Source: Escherichia phage MIZ6
Length of the DNA: 64,000 bases
Direction: 5' to 3' (one strand)
Sequence record: OR192075.1
Under the pieces are notes generated by a model, which searched no databases, had not been told where the DNA came from, and saw nothing but the letters and a program-made list of their open reading frames with translations. The position numbers were made by a program, and so were the translations under genes. Of the stretch, positions 63,507 through 64,000 are shown one piece after another. Position 1 is the first letter of the stretch. The number at the start of each line of letters is the position of its first letter.

Positions 63507-64000
63507 ATGTCAGATCTAGGCTTAGATATGAAGCAATTAATGAATTTCGAAAGTCTAGGTCTTCCGGGGTCATTCGACGCGGAAGAAGATCGAGTGAGCT
63601 ATGATCCGCTCGTCTTGACTCCGGTCGAAAGTCATCCAGAAGATCGTAATATTGACTTACAACGAGATTATAATGAGGCACGTCAGAATATTCATTTTCA
63701 GAATCAGATGATGATGGACGCCGCAAAGATTTATCTTGAACTTGCAAAAAATAGTGAGTCTCCGAGGTTCCTACAAGCATTTAACGGCCTCATGCAGCAA
63801 ATGAGCAACAACAATAAAGAATTGCTGAACATCCATAAGGATATGAAGAAAATCACCGAGCAAGCTGGAGAGAAAAAGAAAGATAATACCCCAGCCGCAC
63901 CAGTTAATATCCAGAATGCGACCGTCTTTATGGGTTCTCCTAGTGATTTAATGGATGAAATCGAAGACGAGGAAGCGCGAGTTATTGAAGGTGAGACAGT
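63507..64000 (+). CDS. 16: gp16 terminase small subunit, N-terminal part (runs off window end)
   Basis: ATG 63507 with AGAGGT RBS; ..NIHFQNQMMMDAAKIYLELAKNSESPRF..LNIHKDMKKITEQ.. resembles T4 gp16. Confidence 0.85.
   Translation, partial: MSDLGLDMKQLMNFESLGLPGSFDAEEDRVSYDPLVLTPVESHPEDRNIDLQRDYNEARQNIHFQNQMMMDAAKIYLELAKNSESPRFLQAFNGLMQQMSNNNKELLNIHKDMKKITEQAGEKKKDNTPAAPVNIQNATVFMGSPSDLMDEIEDEEARVIEGET

Noticed and set aside
63505-63780. 91-aa minus-strand ORF
   Set aside because: Antisense to the well-supported gp16 reading frame.
1-64000. CRISPR arrays, rRNA and tRNA genes
   Set aside because: No direct-repeat/spacer periodicity seen; no tRNA-like T-arm found in the intergenic gaps I inspected (26071-26301, 37047-37194, 41055-41244). 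A tRNA scan would be needed to exclude tRNAs completely.

Overview
This window reads as a contiguous slice of a T4-like (Tevenvirinae-type) myovirus genome; gene content and the promoter cassettes are most consistent with the RB49/phi1-like group, but that assignment is inference from memory, not a search. Positions 1-43531 are an early/middle region transcribed almost entirely on the minus strand, in T4 order: gp45 clamp (partial) <- gp46/gp47 <- gp55 <- nrdH <- nrdG <- nrdD <- endoVII (49) <- nrdC <- dam <- many small ORFs <- rI <- tk <- regB <- GrcA-like <- M15 endolysin <- small membrane proteins <- 57B (Acb1-like) <- 57A <- gp1 <- gp3 <- gp2 <- gp4 <- HNH endonuclease. Positions 43587-64000 are a plus-strand late structural module: gp53, gp5, PAAR-like 5.4, gp6, gp7, gp8, an inserted three-gene methyltransferase cassette, gp9-gp12, wac, gp13-gp15 and the start of gp16. 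No tRNA, rRNA or CRISPR array was recognised. Most intergenic gaps on the minus strand carry a stereotyped cassette: terminator hairpin, sigma70-like promoter (TTGACA, 17 bp, TAnAAT-like) and a conserved leader ending in GGAGAATCAAAATG. The candidates I consider most likely to be undescribed are: (1) a superfamily of at least eight modular paralogous genes in two arrays flanking the anaerobic nrdDG module; (2) a 489-aa P-loop/helicase-motif protein with a large unassigned C-terminal region between nrdH and gp55; (3) an early-promoter-driven methyltransferase cassette inserted between gp8 and gp9; (4) copy-specific inverted repeats bracketing the -10 hexamer of many early promoters; (5) an HIV-type slippery heptamer at an ORF overlap. 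All functional calls come from motif recognition and synteny by eye; no database search or computation was run. Many start codons in the ORF track are upstream of the likely true start and I corrected several by locating ATG plus a Shine-Dalgarno.
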